A stretch of DNA of 64,000 bases from Candidatus Aceula meridiana (GTDB lineage Bacteria; Omnitrophota; Gorgyraeia; Zapsychrales; Aceulaceae): contig JAVCDE010000033.1 of the NCBI GenBank assembly GCA_030765185.1, positions 10,957 to 74,956 on the forward strand. The letters are read 5' to 3'. The position numbers and the translations under genes are program-made. Below, piece by piece: positions 18,142-27,987 of the stretch (within the stretch, counting starts at the first letter, position 1; the number at the start of each line of letters is the position of its first letter). The notes under the pieces are model-generated. The model was not told the origin of the DNA. It did no database searches and worked only from the letters and a program-made list of their open reading frames with translations.

Positions 18142-19059
18142 TTATTCTCCTGGGCGGCTTTTCCACCGACGATGCATCCAGCCCCACTCATCAGGATATT
18201 TGCGGATATACTTCTCGATAACTTTTGTAATGCGTGAAACATTAATAAAAATAGTGTCCTTCTCATCTTTTCCTTGCTCAAGGTAAAGCGGCTCATCAAT
18301 AATGATTTTATGCGTGTCATCTTTTTGGCGCACAATAAAAATCGGCAAAATAGGCGCTCCGGTGCGCATGGCGAAAACAACAGGACCGGTCGCTGTTGCT
18401 GCTTTTTGTCCAAAAAAATCAACGAAAACACCGCCGCCGCTTCCAAAGTTCTGGTCCAAAGGAATAAACAAAAATTCATTCTTACGTAATGCCTTCAGCG
18501 AATCCGTTACACATTTCTGACGAGGATGGCTATAAAGTGTCTTAAGCCCTAGTTTCGTGCGTAACTGTTGGAAATGTTTTTCAATCTTTTTGTCGCGCGT
18601 CTGGCGAATGATCGCATTCGTTTCGTATCCTTCTTGAGCAAAACGTAAAAGCATCAATGGAAAATTTCCAAAATGAGCACTCACAGCAATGACGCCTTTT
18701 CCCTTAGAAAAAGCCTTATCTAAAACTTCTTTATTTTCAAAAGAAACACGTTCTTTGATCATCTTCGGATGATCCATAAAATAAATAAGCTCGATCATCA
18801 TTTTTCCAACATTCGTGAAACATTTCTTAAAAATCTGCCGAACTTCTTTAGGGCTTTTTTCATCCCCAAAAGCAATTTTTAAACTTTCCGCCGCAATCTT
18901 CTTTTGTTTAACGGTAAATAGAAGACCAATCGTTGTCAAAACACGCGTTAAAAAACTTACCACAGAAAAAGGAAGGCGGGTAAGAACAAAGCTCGTGCCT
19001 CGAAGCCCCCAGCGCGCAATGGCCCTTTTAAAACGTTTTATTCTATCGTTAAGTGTCAT
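18142..19059 (-). CDS. Lipid A biosynthesis (LpxL/HtrB-family) acyltransferase
   Basis: SAHFGN, LDQN, VDFFG and PDEWGWMHRRWK. Confidence 0.9.
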   Translation of the reverse strand: MTLNDRIKRFKRAIARWGLRGTSFVLTRLPFSVVSFLTRVLTTIGLLFTVKQKKIAAESLKIAFGDEKSPKEVRQIFKKCFTNVGKMMIELIYFMDHPKMIKERVSFENKEVLDKAFSKGKGVIAVSAHFGNFPLMLLRFAQEGYETNAIIRQTRDKKIEKHFQQLRTKLGLKTLYSHPRQKCVTDSLKALRKNEFLFIPLDQNFGSGGGVFVDFFGQKAATATGPVVFAMRTGAPILPIFIVRQKDDTHKIIIDEPLYLEQGKDEKDTIFINVSRITKVIEKYIRKYPDEWGWMHRRWKSRPGE

Positions 19060-19086
19060 CTTGATTGCAGTCTTACGCGAAAAAAC

Positions 19087-19569
19087 TTATCGCTTGTATC
19101 CAAATTTTCTTAAAAGATCTTTGCGCCAAGCAATGTCTTCTTCTTGCTCGACTCCTGTCGGCTTAAGCCCGTCAATAACTCCTAAAATGCCCCGCCCTGT
19201 TCCGTTGTCAGCAATAATCACTTCTAGAGGGTTTGCCGTTGCTGCAAAAATTGAACAAACCTCCTGAACACCTTTAATCTGATTAAGCACGTTAATCGGA
19301 AAACCTTTAAGCATCGCAATCACAAAAATATGCCCAGCCCCAATCGCTAACGCATTGTCGGTTGCTATTTTCTGAAGCTCTGGGGCATTCCCCTCAACGC
19401 GAACTTTGCACGCACCAGATGCCTCACAAAACGCAATCCCAAATTTCATTTCAGGCACAGCACCCACCATAACCTCGTAAAGGTCTTCAATAGTTTTGAC
19501 AAAATGAGACTGACCAATAATAATATTTACATCGTCAGGTTTCTCAACCTGAACAGATTTAATTTCCAC
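19087..19569 (-). CDS. Adenosine-specific kinase / DUF355 family protein
   Basis: NIIIGQSHFVKTIEDL, FGIAFCEASG, GAGH, ATANP and GRGILGVIDG. Confidence 0.9.
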   Translation of the reverse strand: MEIKSVQVEKPDDVNIIIGQSHFVKTIEDLYEVMVGAVPEMKFGIAFCEASGACKVRVEGNAPELQKIATDNALAIGAGHIFVIAMLKGFPINVLNQIKGVQEVCSIFAATANPLEVIIADNGTGRGILGVIDGLKPTGVEQEEDIAWRKDLLRKFGYKR

Positions 19570-19589
19570 AACCTTCTCCTTAGGAATAT

Positions 19590-19973
19590 CTATGATAGAC
19601 TGTCTGTGTTTTCTAAAACTTCAACAATCTTCGGAATAAGCAAATTCATATCAACAGGCTTTGTGATATGCGCACTGGCCCCCGCTTCCATTTCAGCCTT
19701 AATATCATCCGGAGAATCTTTGGCTGTTAAAAATACAACCGGAATGCCTTTTGTGCGTTCATTGGCCTTTAATCTGGCACAAGCCTCTCGCCCTTTAATT
19801 CCAGGCAAAATAACATCTAAAAGAATCAAATCCACAGGCTCGGTCTCGGCAATATGCAGGCCTCCTTCAGCAGTATTTGCCGATAAAATATTGTACCCTT
19901 TATTTTCAAGGCCTTTCTCAAGCATGCGAATCAATCCTACGTCATCATCGACAACTAAAATGGTTTTTCCCAT
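19590..19973 (-). CDS. Single-domain response regulator (CheY-like)
   Basis: ILVVDDD, LLDVILP, FLTAK and ITKP. GGAGGG RBS before ATG 19973. Confidence 0.92.
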   Translation of the reverse strand: MGKTILVVDDDVGLIRMLEKGLENKGYNILSANTAEGGLHIAETEPVDLILLDVILPGIKGREACARLKANERTKGIPVVFLTAKDSPDDIKAEMEAGASAHITKPVDMNLLIPKIVEVLENTDSLS

Positions 19974-20139
19974 AACCTCACCCTCCTTTAAATGAGGACG
20001 TAACTTACCGAGCACCTCGCTCGTAAGTTACATGTCCGAATTTATCCCGTTTTTCGCGAAGCGAAAAATCAGGACTGCCTCGCTCTTGCTCAACTGGTCC
20101 CAGCCTTATCTTTTAAGGGCGCGAGACTTCCTTAGCTCC

Positions 20140-21690
20140 TTACACTTTTTTCTTCTGGAGCTTTCGGTAAAAATAAAAAACTACACTTCCTAGTATACTG
20201 CCAAAGCACAGATAAGTAAAAACATCTCCGAATTTTGTATAAAACGTATTCTGATTCACCAAATAAACCTCTTGAGTTAAAAATCCTTTAATATAAGTAT
20301 TCTTTTTATTCTTATCAGATAAAACAGAAAAGACTCTCCCAGCGCTATCCACAAAAGCGCTTACCCCAGTATTGGCTGAACGAACAAGCGGACGTCTGTT
20401 TTCAACAGCGCGAAAAACCGCTGACTGTAAGTGCAAAAAAGGTGCCTTCGTGTCTTGAAACCAATCGTCATTAGTGATATTAACCAAGAGGTTTGTCCCT
20501 CTTTTAGCAAATTCTCGCGCAACTTCAGGAATCGCATCCTCAAAACAAATGAGTGTTGAAAAAAGAAATTCTTTACCCTGCTTTGTCTTAATCGGAAATA
20601 ACGTATACTTCTCCCCTTTTGTAAAATCATCAATAGGCACAATGTGCGATAAAAAAGGAAAAACATGACGCATAGGAATATATTCACCAAAAGGAACAAG
20701 CGTAATTTTGTCATAACGGTCTTTCACTTCACCACTATCTGAAAACAAAAGCGCTGTATTAAAATATTTACCTTGTTCGTATGTAACCAGCCCCACCAAC
20801 GAAGGAATCTGTAAGCGTTTGATGTCTTCTCGTAATTTTTCGAAAAGCTCAGGTTTTTCCCAATAATATCCAGGATAAGATGATTCCGGCCAAATAATAA
20901 GGTCAGGATTATCCATAGAAGCGCGCGCCGCTAAAAAAAGATGATCTTTTAAAATTAAAGACCACCCAGAGGGATGCCAACGTCGCTCATTCGCAATGTT
21001 TGCCTGAATAACACTAATTCGGACTTTAGAGGCCTGAACGTTATCAACACTCTTAAGACGATAAAATCCATAAATTCCAACGTCAACGATCAGCAAAAAT
21101 ATAATAATTGTCGAGAGTGCCAATTTCTGAAAAGCCGCAGAATCTTTCTTCTGCCAGGCTGATACGATTTCTTTTGCCCAAACATTTACCATCACAACCA
21201 AAAAAGAAATTCCATAAACCCCGACGATATCCGCGACCTGAAGAAACAAAAGATTCTTTTGTTGTGAGTGTCCTAAAAGAACTCCACCGAAACCCGTTAA
21301 AAAATGCGACCGGCAAAACTCTAAAACAACCCATAAAGCAGACAATAAAAATATCCTCTGGGTTGCATTTTTTTTCGAGAACCAAAAATACCCAATTCCG
21401 AAAAAACCAAAGAACAGAGCTAAAAACATGACCATCAGAGTCATGCCAAGACCTGTTACAAAAACAAGCCAATAAAGCATTGTCCCGAAGAAAACCAATC
21501 CTGCTAAATAGCCAAGTCCGAAAGAAGCTTTGAGACTTTTTCCATCTAAAGCCAACATCAAAGGCACTAAAGCAATCCAAGCCAAAAACCAAAAATCAGT
21601 TTTAGGAAAGCTAAGCATCAACAAGAAGCTTGAGAGAAAACACAAAAGGTTTTCTTTTGTCAAAGAGCGTTTTAAGACTTTTCTTAACAT
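20140..21690 (-). CDS. lnt: Apolipoprotein N-acyltransferase
   Basis: TM region plus nitrilase triad WPES, YDKITLVPFGEY and ICFE; NITNDDWF and RAVENRR. Confidence 0.96.
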   Translation of the reverse strand: MLRKVLKRSLTKENLLCFLSSFLLMLSFPKTDFWFLAWIALVPLMLALDGKSLKASFGLGYLAGLVFFGTMLYWLVFVTGLGMTLMVMFLALFFGFFGIGYFWFSKKNATQRIFLLSALWVVLEFCRSHFLTGFGGVLLGHSQQKNLLFLQVADIVGVYGISFLVVMVNVWAKEIVSAWQKKDSAAFQKLALSTIIIFLLIVDVGIYGFYRLKSVDNVQASKVRISVIQANIANERRWHPSGWSLILKDHLFLAARASMDNPDLIIWPESSYPGYYWEKPELFEKLREDIKRLQIPSLVGLVTYEQGKYFNTALLFSDSGEVKDRYDKITLVPFGEYIPMRHVFPFLSHIVPIDDFTKGEKYTLFPIKTKQGKEFLFSTLICFEDAIPEVAREFAKRGTNLLVNITNDDWFQDTKAPFLHLQSAVFRAVENRRPLVRSANTGVSAFVDSAGRVFSVLSDKNKKNTYIKGFLTQEVYLVNQNTFYTKFGDVFTYLCFGSILGSVVFYFYRKLQKKKV

Positions 21691-21709
21691 AAATTTATTT
21701 TTTTACTGT

Positions 21710-24703
21710 TTAGCGGCCACAGCACTTCTTATATTTCTTTCCGCTACCACACGGACAAGGATCATTTCGCCCAACTTTTTTCTCTGTTTTCTGTTGCGGG
21801 CGAGGCGCAGATGGACGCCCGAGCTCTGGAGCAGTCCCTGGTCGTGGCGATTGCGGCCTTTTTCCTTCTGGGCCAAGAGATGAGAATTCATTATGAACAA
21901 ACTGCTGCGGAACCGAACGAAAAACACTGCGCCTCTTATCCTGATCGGTAACAGCCTCAACTCTAAAAACAATTCCCACGGCTTCTTGTAAAATTGAACC
22001 ATACATCATCTCGAACATTTCAAAACCTTCACGTCGATATTCGACAACAGGATCACGCTGACCATATTGTCGCCACCCAATACCATCACGCAACTCATCC
22101 ATGGTTCGTAGGTGATCTTTCCACTTGGAATCAATAGTCTGAAGTAAAACAATACGCTCAAGCTCACGCATCTGCTCTGGGCTTAACGCCTTTTCCTTTT
22201 CTTCGTACAAACCTTTTAATTTCTCAAAAAAAAGATCTTCAATCTCAGGCTGCGATAAATCCTTAAGGCTCTCGTCCTCCGGATTAAGATTTAATCCAAA
22301 ATTTGTCTTTAAAAAAATGACCAGACCTTTAATATCCCATTGTGTCTCACCTTCTGCCGTCTGTGTAAAAAGATATTGCGTAACCAGCGTATTTACAACC
22401 AAATCAATAGCTTCAATAATCCGCTCTTTTGTATTCTCTCCATTTAAAACAGACTGACGCAAGCCATAAATTACTTCACGTTGTTTATTCATAACATCAG
22501 CATAATCTAAAAGATGTTTTCGGATTTCAAAGTTGTGCGTCTCAACGCGTTTTTGCGCAATTTCAATAGCACGGGAAATAATCGGATTTTCAATAACCTG
22601 ACCTTCTTCCATGCCCAAAGAATCCATCATGCTCATAATGCGGTCAGAACCAAATAGACGCATTAAGTCATCTTGAAGTGAAACATAAAAACGTGACGAG
22701 CCCGGATCTCCCTGCCGTCCAGAGCGTCCGCGTAGCTGATTGTCAATACGCCTTGATTCATGGCGTTCGGTACCAAGGACATGCAAGCCCCCCGCCTCAA
22801 TAACTTTTGCATGTTCTTCGGCGGTCTGAGCGCGAAATTGTTGCAAAAACTTTTCATAAAGCTCTGGCTGATCAGTCTGCTCATCAGACGATTGCTCTTT
22901 CTCTTGCGTCTTTTGCGCCAAAAGGCTTTTGGCTAAATACTCGGCATTACCGCCTAAAACAATATCAGTTCCACGACCGGCCATATTTGTTGCGATGGTA
23001 ACAGCTTTATAGCGTCCGGCCTGAGCTACGATGTGGGCTTCAAGGTCATGATATTTAGCATTTAAAACCTGATGCTCAACGCCTCGAACTTTAAGAAGCT
23101 GCGATAAATGCTCTGACCTTTCGATTGAAATTGTTCCAACCAAAACCGGTCGGCCCTGGGAATGGAGCTCGGCAATTTCATCAACTACTGCATTAAATTT
23201 CTCACGTTCTGTTTTATAAATACAATCCGGGTAGTTCCTGCGTTGTAAAACTTTGTTCGTCGGCAAAACGACGCAATCCACATCATAGATTTGTTTAAAC
23301 TCTGTCGCTTCGGTGTTCGCGGTTCCTGTCATGCCGGAAAGCTTGTCGTACATGCGGAAAAAATTCTGAAAAGTAACTGTTGCCAGGGTCTGGTTCTCGC
23401 GTTCAATCTTTATTCCTTCGCGTGCCTCAGCCGCCTGGTGAAGGCCATCGGACCAGCGTCTACCTGGCATCATACGGCCTGTAAATTCATCAACAATAAT
23501 TACTTGTCCGTCTCGCACAACATAATCAACATCACGTTTAAAAAACTCTTTAGCCTTTAATGCTTGCAGTACATGATGGCGATATTCTGCCGTGGCTATG
23601 TCATGAAGATTATCAACACCGAACATCTTAGCAGCTTTTTCTTCACCTTGGTCAGTCAGTGAAATCGAGCGTGCTTTTTCATCAGCAACATAATCAAAGC
23701 CTTCGGAAAGATCTTCACCTTTATATTTCGCATCAATTTCTTCGTTCTCGGTAATGCGGCGGCCTTTCATTTGATTGGAAATCTGATTAGCGGTGTAATA
23801 TTTATCTGTGGATTCCTCGGCTGGGCCGGAGATGATCAAAGGTGTTCGCGCCTCATCAACAAGAATACTATCAACCTCATCAATTACGGCAAAAAAACGT
23901 TCACGCTGTACCATCTCCTCTTTAAAATTCACCATGTTATCACGTAAATAATCAAACCCAAATTCATTGTTTGTCCCATAAGTAATATCACATCCGTAGT
24001 CGCCTTTTCTCTCTTGTGGCCGATTATCATGTTGGATAACGCCGATAGTAAGTCCTAAAAATTTATAAACAGGCCCCATCCATGCACTGTCGCGATTAGC
24101 CAAATAATCATTAACCGTAACAACATGGACGCCTTTACCAATAAGTGCGTTTAGATAAACAGGCAAAGTTGCGACAAGAGTTTTTCCCTCGCCAGTTGCC
24201 ATTTCCGCAATGTTACCTTTATGCAAAATCATTCCACCGACAAGCTGAACATCGAAATGACGCAAACCAATCGTTCGCCGGCTGGCCTCGCGCACAACCG
24301 CAAAGGCTTCAGGCAAAATTAAATCTAAAATAGATTGAGTTTGCTTCTTTAGGGTTTCCCTAGCCTTTTCAAGCTGCAGGAGAGCTTCTTCCCGCGATTC
24401 ATGCTGGATGGCTTCCCTGTGAGTTTTTTCAAGCTGTGCAACTTCTTTTTCGCTTAAAGCAAGGGCCTCTTTAATCCTTTGCTTAAAAATTTCTGTTTTC
24501 GCCCGAAGGTCTTGATCGCTCAATTTCATAATGCCTTCTTCTAAACCATTGATTTGCGAAGCAACGGCTGCCATTTTTTTAATCATTCCGACAGACGGCA
24601 AAGGCAAGTCTAAGGGAAAATGGATGTTGACTTTGGGCTCAAGAGCATCGATAAATTTTTGAGCTCGGCGAATAACTGTTTTTCCAATTAAAAAATCTAG
24701 CAA
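21710..24703 (-). CDS. secA: Preprotein translocase ATPase SecA
   Basis: EMATGEGKT, DEVDSILVDEARTPLIISG, NMAGRGTDI, QLRGRSGRQGDPG and C-terminal SEC-C motif CPCGSGKKYKKCC. TTG start. Confidence 0.98.
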   Translation of the reverse strand: MLDFLIGKTVIRRAQKFIDALEPKVNIHFPLDLPLPSVGMIKKMAAVASQINGLEEGIMKLSDQDLRAKTEIFKQRIKEALALSEKEVAQLEKTHREAIQHESREEALLQLEKARETLKKQTQSILDLILPEAFAVVREASRRTIGLRHFDVQLVGGMILHKGNIAEMATGEGKTLVATLPVYLNALIGKGVHVVTVNDYLANRDSAWMGPVYKFLGLTIGVIQHDNRPQERKGDYGCDITYGTNNEFGFDYLRDNMVNFKEEMVQRERFFAVIDEVDSILVDEARTPLIISGPAEESTDKYYTANQISNQMKGRRITENEEIDAKYKGEDLSEGFDYVADEKARSISLTDQGEEKAAKMFGVDNLHDIATAEYRHHVLQALKAKEFFKRDVDYVVRDGQVIIVDEFTGRMMPGRRWSDGLHQAAEAREGIKIERENQTLATVTFQNFFRMYDKLSGMTGTANTEATEFKQIYDVDCVVLPTNKVLQRRNYPDCIYKTEREKFNAVVDEIAELHSQGRPVLVGTISIERSEHLSQLLKVRGVEHQVLNAKYHDLEAHIVAQAGRYKAVTIATNMAGRGTDIVLGGNAEYLAKSLLAQKTQEKEQSSDEQTDQPELYEKFLQQFRAQTAEEHAKVIEAGGLHVLGTERHESRRIDNQLRGRSGRQGDPGSSRFYVSLQDDLMRLFGSDRIMSMMDSLGMEEGQVIENPIISRAIEIAQKRVETHNFEIRKHLLDYADVMNKQREVIYGLRQSVLNGENTKERIIEAIDLVVNTLVTQYLFTQTAEGETQWDIKGLVIFLKTNFGLNLNPEDESLKDLSQPEIEDLFFEKLKGLYEEKEKALSPEQMRELERIVLLQTIDSKWKDHLRTMDELRDGIGWRQYGQRDPVVEYRREGFEMFEMMYGSILQEAVGIVFRVEAVTDQDKRRSVFRSVPQQFVHNEFSSLGPEGKRPQSPRPGTAPELGRPSAPRPQQKTEKKVGRNDPCPCGSGKKYKKCCGR

Positions 24704-24757
24704 TTTATTTCCTCTTTTTCTTTTAAACTGTCATATTACTTTTTTTTAAAATTTCTC

Positions 24758-25201
24758 TTAAAATAAATCTTTTGAATTTACATTATACCCAGCTAGCAGC
24801 CACGAATCATCATTTTGAATCAATATAACCGTATCAACAGATTCAGAATCTTGTCGATATGCTTTATACTGAATAGTCATATAGGTTCCGTCAGGAGCAG
24901 AAGAAAGTCTCCATAGCCCTTTTTCTTTACTTTTTACAGGCCCTAACTTATCTACGGTTCCCTTTAAAAATTCTTCAAAAGCTTGAAATTTTATTGCTTG
25001 TCTTAACTTATCATGCGACAAAGTATTATAAATATATGCGACATTCTTATTGTTGTAATGTTCATAAAAAGTTTCAACAAAATTTTCTGCAGCTGGCATT
25101 GCTTTTTTCGCCTTGAAATATCCAAAACCTCCAATAACAATAAAGACTAAAATAATCAATAAAAATACTACACCAAGTCCTATAAAGAATTTCTTCATCA
25201 T
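24758..25201 (-). CDS. Membrane-anchored NTF2-like protein (DUF4019/DUF3887-like)
   Basis: N-terminal TM; ends WLLAGYNVNS. Family assignment by resemblance only. Confidence 0.55.
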   Translation of the reverse strand: MMKKFFIGLGVVFLLIILVFIVIGGFGYFKAKKAMPAAENFVETFYEHYNNKNVAYIYNTLSHDKLRQAIKFQAFEEFLKGTVDKLGPVKSKEKGLWRLSSAPDGTYMTIQYKAYRQDSESVDTVILIQNDDSWLLAGYNVNSKDLF

Positions 25202-25214
25202 TTATCCTTGTGTA

Positions 25215-26309
25215 TTATTTTTCAGGCCGCATTTTTAAATAGGCCTCGATAAACGGATCAACATCCCCGTCCATAACTTTTTGAACATTGCCCACCTCAA
25301 AATTTGTGCGGTGGTCTTTAATCATGCAATACGGCTGAAAAACATAGGAACGAATTTGGCTTCCCCATTCAATCTTTTGCTTTTCTCCGTATTCCTTAGA
25401 CATCTTTGCATCTTTTTCTTTACGTTTTTTCTCATGAATCCTGGCGCGCAAAACTCTCATCGCGGCTTCTTTGTTCTGCAATTGTGATCGTTCATTCTGA
25501 CATTGAACAACGATTCCTGTCGGAATATGTGTAATTCGTACCGCTGAATCAGTTGTGTTTACACTCTGGCCGCCGGGGCCTGATGAACGAAAAATATCGA
25601 TGCGAAGCTCGTCGGGGTTGATTTCAATCTGAATATCATCTTCAATTTCCGGAATAACATCAAGAGAAACAAACGATGTATGCCGTCTTTTATTAGAATC
25701 AAACGGCGATATGCGAACCAAGCGGTGAACGCCTTTTTCCGACTTTAGAAATCCATATGCCATTTCCCCTTGAATCCGTAAAGTTGCATTCTTAATTCCG
25801 GCTTCTTCTCCGGGAAGAATGTCTAAGGTTTCAACTTTATATTTTTTACTATCTGCCCAGCGCGTATACATGCGCAAAAGCATGCTTGCCCAGTCGCAAG
25901 ACTCTGTTCCTCCGGCACCGGCATTAATGCTTACAAGCGCATTGCTGTGATCGAATTCTCCACCTAAAATAGTCTGAATTTCAACTTGGTCAATTTGACG
26001 GGATAATTTGTTTAAATCAACACTGATTTGTTTCAAAAAAGACTCGTCGTCATCAGAAATTTCAATGAATTCTTTAAGTTCCTGAATTTTGCCTTGGCTT
26101 TCCTCAAACGGCTCAACCATTACCTTCAAAATCTTTAACTCTCTCATAACCTTGTTAGAGCTTTTACTATCATCCCAAAAATTAGCCTCAGCCATCTTTT
26201 CCTGGATAACCTTAATCTGCTCTTTTTTGGCAACAAGGTCAAGAAACCCCCTTAAGTCATTGAGTTTGACCTCAAGAGATTTAATAATTTTGTAAAGATC
26301 ATCTTTCAT
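25215..26309 (-). CDS. prfB: Peptide chain release factor 2 (single in-frame ORF)
   Basis: SPF anticodon mimic (RISPFD), GGQ and WGSQIRSY. Confidence 0.97.
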   Translation of the reverse strand: MKDDLYKIIKSLEVKLNDLRGFLDLVAKKEQIKVIQEKMAEANFWDDSKSSNKVMRELKILKVMVEPFEESQGKIQELKEFIEISDDDESFLKQISVDLNKLSRQIDQVEIQTILGGEFDHSNALVSINAGAGGTESCDWASMLLRMYTRWADSKKYKVETLDILPGEEAGIKNATLRIQGEMAYGFLKSEKGVHRLVRISPFDSNKRRHTSFVSLDVIPEIEDDIQIEINPDELRIDIFRSSGPGGQSVNTTDSAVRITHIPTGIVVQCQNERSQLQNKEAAMRVLRARIHEKKRKEKDAKMSKEYGEKQKIEWGSQIRSYVFQPYCMIKDHRTNFEVGNVQKVMDGDVDPFIEAYLKMRPEK

Positions 26310-26523
26310 GATTCCTCGAGCCTATTTGGATTCCCTCTCTCAAAGGGATCAACCCTAAAGCCCAAAGGGCTAAGGATTGTTACCTATATATAATAATATT
26401 AATATACTATCAAAAATTAAAATTTATTATAACATAATGCGGAGGAATTACAATTTTTCTTACAAGGGGGCTTAAGAATTTCTAAAAGAGCCAAAACATG
26501 TTGAAAACGTAAGGCTTACAGGG

Positions 26524-27591
26524 TCACCGCATGCCGCTCAGCTCAATATTGAACTCATCTTTGCTATCTGCAGCTTCGCGGGCAGCATCTTCTTCAACAA
26601 GGTCATCTTTAACAAGCTGCACCAATGTTTGTTTAAAAGACTTCATCCCGAAAAGTTTTCCCTCATTAATAAAAGTCTGAATTTCCCTATTGCTCTGTTC
26701 ACGAATAAGACGCGCGATTGTAGGCGTTACAACCATTGACTCATAAGCCGGAACGCGACCATTGCCGTCTTTGCGAGGCAAAAGCCTCAAGGAAATAACC
26801 CCTTTAAGCAAAAGCGAAAGCTGCAAGCTCATCTCCGAATGCAAATGAGGCGGAAAAAAATTAATAATTCTTTCGATAGTTTGAACAGCATTATTAGTAT
26901 GAAATGTTGAGACAACCAAAACACCAAGTTCGGCCGCAGACAATGCCGCGCGCATGGTTGCTTCATCACGAATAGTCCCAATAAACAAAACATCAGGGCT
27001 TTGTTGCGTCACATGGCGTAAAGCTGTTGGATAAGAATGAAAATCAATTCCCATCTCTCTTTGATTAATAATACTTTGTTTGTCTTTAAATAGGAATTCA
27101 ACCGGATCTTCTAAGGTAACAATATGTTTTTCTTCGTTCTCGTTAATATAGTCAATCATGCTGGCGATAGAGGTTGTTTTTCCGTTACCGGCGGCTCCGC
27201 AAGCTAAGACAAGTCCTCTCTGTTGCTGACAAAGCAACTCGCACAACTCTTGAGGAAGATTCAACTCGTCAAAACTTTTTGTTTGATTCTTAACGTAACG
27301 GGCAACCAAGGTTGGCTGTGTCCTCTGCAAAAAGAGATTAATACGAAAGCGCCCCACCCCTGGATGGATATAAATAAAATCAATATCTAGATTCTTCTCA
27401 AAGAAGTCTCTCTGCGTCTTTTCCGCCAACAAAACACTAACAAGCTCCTTCATCTCAATCTCAGAAATTTGCGCATCGTCTAACCGAAAAATTTTCCCGT
27501 CAATACGGGCTCTTGGAGCGGCGTGCGCCCTTAAAAATAAATCCGAGGCCTCTTTTTCAACCATCATTCTAAAATATTTTTGCAGCTTCAT
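26524..27591 (-). CDS. Type IV pilus retraction ATPase, PilT/PilU family (PilU-like)
   Basis: ASDLFL, GRFRINLF, Walker A GAAGNGKTT, LEDPVEF, STFHT and TIARLIRE. Confidence 0.9.
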   Translation of the reverse strand: MKLQKYFRMMVEKEASDLFLRAHAAPRARIDGKIFRLDDAQISEIEMKELVSVLLAEKTQRDFFEKNLDIDFIYIHPGVGRFRINLFLQRTQPTLVARYVKNQTKSFDELNLPQELCELLCQQQRGLVLACGAAGNGKTTSIASMIDYINENEEKHIVTLEDPVEFLFKDKQSIINQREMGIDFHSYPTALRHVTQQSPDVLFIGTIRDEATMRAALSAAELGVLVVSTFHTNNAVQTIERIINFFPPHLHSEMSLQLSLLLKGVISLRLLPRKDGNGRVPAYESMVVTPTIARLIREQSNREIQTFINEGKLFGMKSFKQTLVQLVKDDLVEEDAAREAADSKDEFNIELSGMR

Positions 27592-27662
27592 ATTTTTACT
27601 CCCGTCTGTATAAGATAAAATGTAACATTTTATTTTACCCTAAAATCAAAGATTCCCAATAA

Positions 27663-27986
27663 CTATTTCTTCAAAAATTTCTGAACCGTCTCTTTTTCTA
27701 ATTCTAAAAGGATACGTTTCCGCCTAAGGCCTAAAGCATATCCGCCCAAAGACCCATCGGATCTGATAACTCGATGGCACGGGATAACAACAGGGTAAGG
27801 ATTCTTTTTAAGAGCCTGGCCGACTGCGCGCACAGCCTTTGGGCTTTTAACTTTTTTAGCCACCCAGGCATAAGAACGCGTCTGCCCTAAAGGAATCTGC
27901 GTTATGGCTTTTAAAACACGCCACTGAAAATCTGTAAGCTTTGGTCCTTGGCACGACGAACTTTGAAAATTTGCAGGCGTTGACAT
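27663..27986 (-). CDS. ogt: Methylated-DNA--protein-cysteine methyltransferase (C-terminal domain only)
   Basis: TDFQWRV, GQTRSY, AVRAVGQAL and active-site IPCHRV. Confidence 0.9.
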   Translation of the reverse strand: MSTPANFQSSSCQGPKLTDFQWRVLKAITQIPLGQTRSYAWVAKKVKSPKAVRAVGQALKKNPYPVVIPCHRVIRSDGSLGGYALGLRRKRILLELEKETVQKFLKK

Positions 27987-27987
27987 T

